Positions 42,395 through 45,144 of a stretch of 45,144 bases of DNA are shown here, piece by piece. Each line of letters starts with the position of its first letter. Position 1 is the first letter of the stretch. The notes under the pieces were generated by a model. That model did not search any database, had not been told where the DNA came from, and saw only the letters and a program-made list of their open reading frames with translations. Source of the DNA: Nemertoderma westbladi (Eukaryota > Animalia > Xenacoelomorpha); NCBI GenBank assembly GCA_032718475.1, contig JAUCBJ010006678.1:1-45144 (forward strand), read 5' to 3'. The position numbers were made by a program, and so were the translations under genes.

Positions 42395-43281
42395 GTACAT
42401 ACTGCAGTCAGCAGGGAGCATACCCTTAAATAAGCTCCAAAAGTGGGTTCTTATTTAAGGAAAATGGCTCTTATTTCTGTATTTACGATTTAGCCAGACT
42501 GGAATCTCTCAGCTTCAGCTGAAGCAAGCGCCGGCGCAGGCCGGCGCAGAAACTAATATAAGCAAGTGCTGGCGTATAAATTATTAAGGTTGTTGACCAA
42601 CCTGCCAACTACAGAACTAGGCTCTCAATCTGCAGATCTGTCAATCTGGGAAGTGTCCATACTGCCATACCTCTGTACCTAGCTATGCAGCTATGTATCG
42701 GATTAACTCAATTTAACTCAAATTCCTAGTAATTTGTTAAAACTCTTAGGGTCCGACGAATTTGTACAAAATAGTACAATATAAGTACAAAAGAATAGGC
42801 CTACAATTTAAGAGTACAATAAAGTGCAAAAATAGTCAGATAGTACAAAAGACTGAAAGAGTGCAAAAATATTACAAAAGAGTACAAACGAGTGAGAAAC
42901 GCTTGCCAACGTGTATCCAAGTGTAGTTCAAATCGTTTAGAGGGGCGCACATGATGTGCGAAATAAAACAAAGCATTGTCTGATTGTCTGATTGTGGGGC
43001 GAGCCATGCATTGAGCGGGGGCTGATCTAGCTGTCTAGCAGTCAGAGAGTAGGCCCCTATTACAATACAATCTTATGAAATTTAATGCAGCCTTTTTTCA
43101 GTTTGTGTTCAAAAAACTTATTTTGGGTCCCATCCCAAGCCCGCAAAATTGCAGAGGGAGAACTCAATAAAGTTGCAGATAGAGGCTTACATATACATAC
43201 AGACATACATAGCCTACATAATGTACAGTAGCATACAGTCTATCCTTCAGTATATGGGCTACTTTAACAGTCGGGCACTTT

Positions 43282-43560
43282 GTCAATATTGACATGTGTC
43301 AATATTGACAGGTAAAGCTAATTTCTCCAGGATGGAGCATGTCAAAATTGACATGGACATGTCAATATTGACATTTTTTTACCTGACGTGTTCAAATATT
43401 TCCAGACGTGTTTTCTAAATATAAAAATCGAAATTATAGGGGCCTAAGTAAATTAGAAACTTTTGACCGTGCGGAAATTTTTTTCACCGTGCCGGTTAGT
43501 TAATATAAATACTTAAAGTTTTTCTCATGTTAAAATTGACATACATGTCAAAATTGACAT
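43282..43560. repeat. cluster of palindromic TGTCAA(T/A)ATTGACA motifs (MITE-like remnant)
   Basis: About six copies of the 14-bp quasi-palindrome. Confidence 0.6.
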
Positions 43561-43903
43561 GTAATGATGAGAACAAAAGTGTGGGGTTGCAGGGTTGGGC
43601 CACGCCACCATATAGTCTATAGACTAGATACTACAGTAGGCCTACTGTAACTCCAGACTGGAATCCATACACTTCAGCACTTTGCGCCGGATTAATCCGG
43701 CGCACTTTGCAATAAAAGCGCGCCAATGTGCGCGTGGCGCGCTCGAAAATCGTAAAGCGCGCCAACTTTGGCCCGTGGCGCTCCCAAAAATAAAAACCGG
43801 CGCCGATTTGTTAGTTTACAGCTTTAACAATTAGGCAGTTAGGCTATGGAAGTGCCTTAAAAATTGCATTAGCTGTTTAAAAATTTCGACTCGCTTCGCT
43901 CGC

Positions 43904-44011
43904 CTTTCTTTTTCTGTTGTATGGTTCAGTGGTTACTAACCACTGAACCATACAACAGATAAAGAAAGTATACAACAGTTGCCTAACCACTGGTTAGGCA
44001 ACTGTTGTATA
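43904..44011. repeat. two abutting palindromes
   Basis: 43913-43959 (23-bp arms, extending to 43904-43968 with one mismatch) and 43969-44011 (21-bp arms), each with a 1-nt C loop. Confidence 0.9.
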
Positions 44012-44497
44012 GGGCAGCAGGGACTGGCAGACTGGGAGGTAGAATTATATGTCAGATGCCGTCCGATCCGATCCGATCCGATCCGATGCAATTCAGCAAT
44101 TTTTCTAGCTACAACTGTCAGACTGCAGACTGTACAAGCCTAGCTGCTTAGGCCTACTTCTGTTTTGCCTATCGCAGTTCTGCAGTTTCTCTAACGCAAT
44201 ATCCCTTTAATTGAATATCAGAATATTCCACCTATCTTTGCGGTGTTTTATTTAATTAATTTAGGGCATAACAAATTAGTAGAGGAGCTAGATCTGAAAA
44301 CTGATTATACCGCGGTTATACGGCGCCTACACTTTTCTTTACTGCAATGAAAGCCGGTGTATAGCTGTATAGTACCCGGCTGCGTGGGGTTCCAGGACGA
44401 AGGTCAGAAAAAAAGCACTACTGTATGGCCACTTTTCGACCGTCGACACAAAGCCGCTGCGAAGTTATTATGGGACAGGATGGTGATGCTCGGTAGA

Positions 44498-44950
44498 CAG
44501 TGGCGGTTCTAGGGGGGGGGGGGGGGGGCAAGGGGGCATCTGCCCCTCCCCAGGTATCTTGGGGGGGGGGGGGGGGGGGGGGGGGGCTTGTCCCCTCCCT
44601 AGCGAAAGGCAGAAAGGTAATGTGGCAAATCTGTCGGCTACCAGTGGGTACCGACTTGCTCGAAAACAGACCTCTCTGGAAAAGACTTCTATTTTTTTTC
44701 AAAATTTAGTTACCACCCGGAGATATCCATTCTTTGGGATTTCGGGAAAACATCGGGGAATTTTTTTCAAAGTATAATAATTTTTTTTAATGTTTCCTTT
44801 TGTTTATTTTTTTTCATTGGGGGCTGCGACGAACTGTACGGCCGTAGCTTGTTTCCGAAACGTGCAGTGGCGTGCAGAAGGGGGGGGGGGGGGGGGGGGG
44901 GGGGGAAGAGACGGCCCCGGGCGCCACCTTCCAAGGGGCGCCAAAATTTC
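44498..44950 (+). repeat. CAGTGGCG-initiated, poly-G-rich repeat ends (probable DNA-transposon/MITE termini)
   Basis: cagtggcggttct+G run at ~44498 and cagtggcgtgcagaa+G run at ~44865; no partner TIR found. Confidence 0.4.
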
Positions 44951-45144
44951 AGCAGTAGTGGCATCATAGCCAGCTGATAGTATAATGGTGGTTCCAAGTT
45001 TAGCTTATTGATGCTAGACATTTAGCCCATCCAACATACAAACATAGTAGTTTGGTTCTGTATTGGTTGCATAGCCTTTCAGCACTCCCCACATTGCACC
45101 TGTGAAGGTGTCACAGGTGAGAAGGTAGATGTCTCCTGCGATTG

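Overview
Eukaryotic (probably invertebrate metazoan) transposon graveyard with no recognisable intact host gene. Left half: a minus-strand Mag-like Ty3/Gypsy element (3968-22815) is split by a young, full-length 14.2-kb BEL/Pao element (4630-18824; 1511-bp LTRs, ATTGG TSD) and cut again at 3967 by the probable 3' LTR of another element. The BEL/Pao element is unusual in three ways. (i) It has no tRNA PBS; instead a 12-nt site 2 nt after the 5' LTR is exactly complementary to a sequence inside its own LTR, the Tf1-type self-priming geometry. (ii) A 63-aa uORF is coupled to gag by a TAATG stop-start. (iii) In the env position it carries a ~866-codon gene encoding a DEDDy (WRN/EXD/mut-7-like) 3'-5' exonuclease plus a Cys/His zinc-knuckle cluster. 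A divergent homologue of that gene sits at the 3' end of a second LTR-element remnant (35722-40707), so it looks like a conserved retrotransposon accessory family. Right half: PIF1/Helitron helicase remnant, an IS3EU-like TIR element carrying a zinc-ribbon/HECT E3 ligase remnant, a DINE/Helentron-like element with an array of CTCF-like motifs, a satellite-bearing Helitron-like element, a CsRn1-clade Gypsy element, a 5'-truncated RTE-like LINE containing a perfect 116-bp palindrome, and a hAT MITE. All family calls are from motif recognition by eye; no searches were run.
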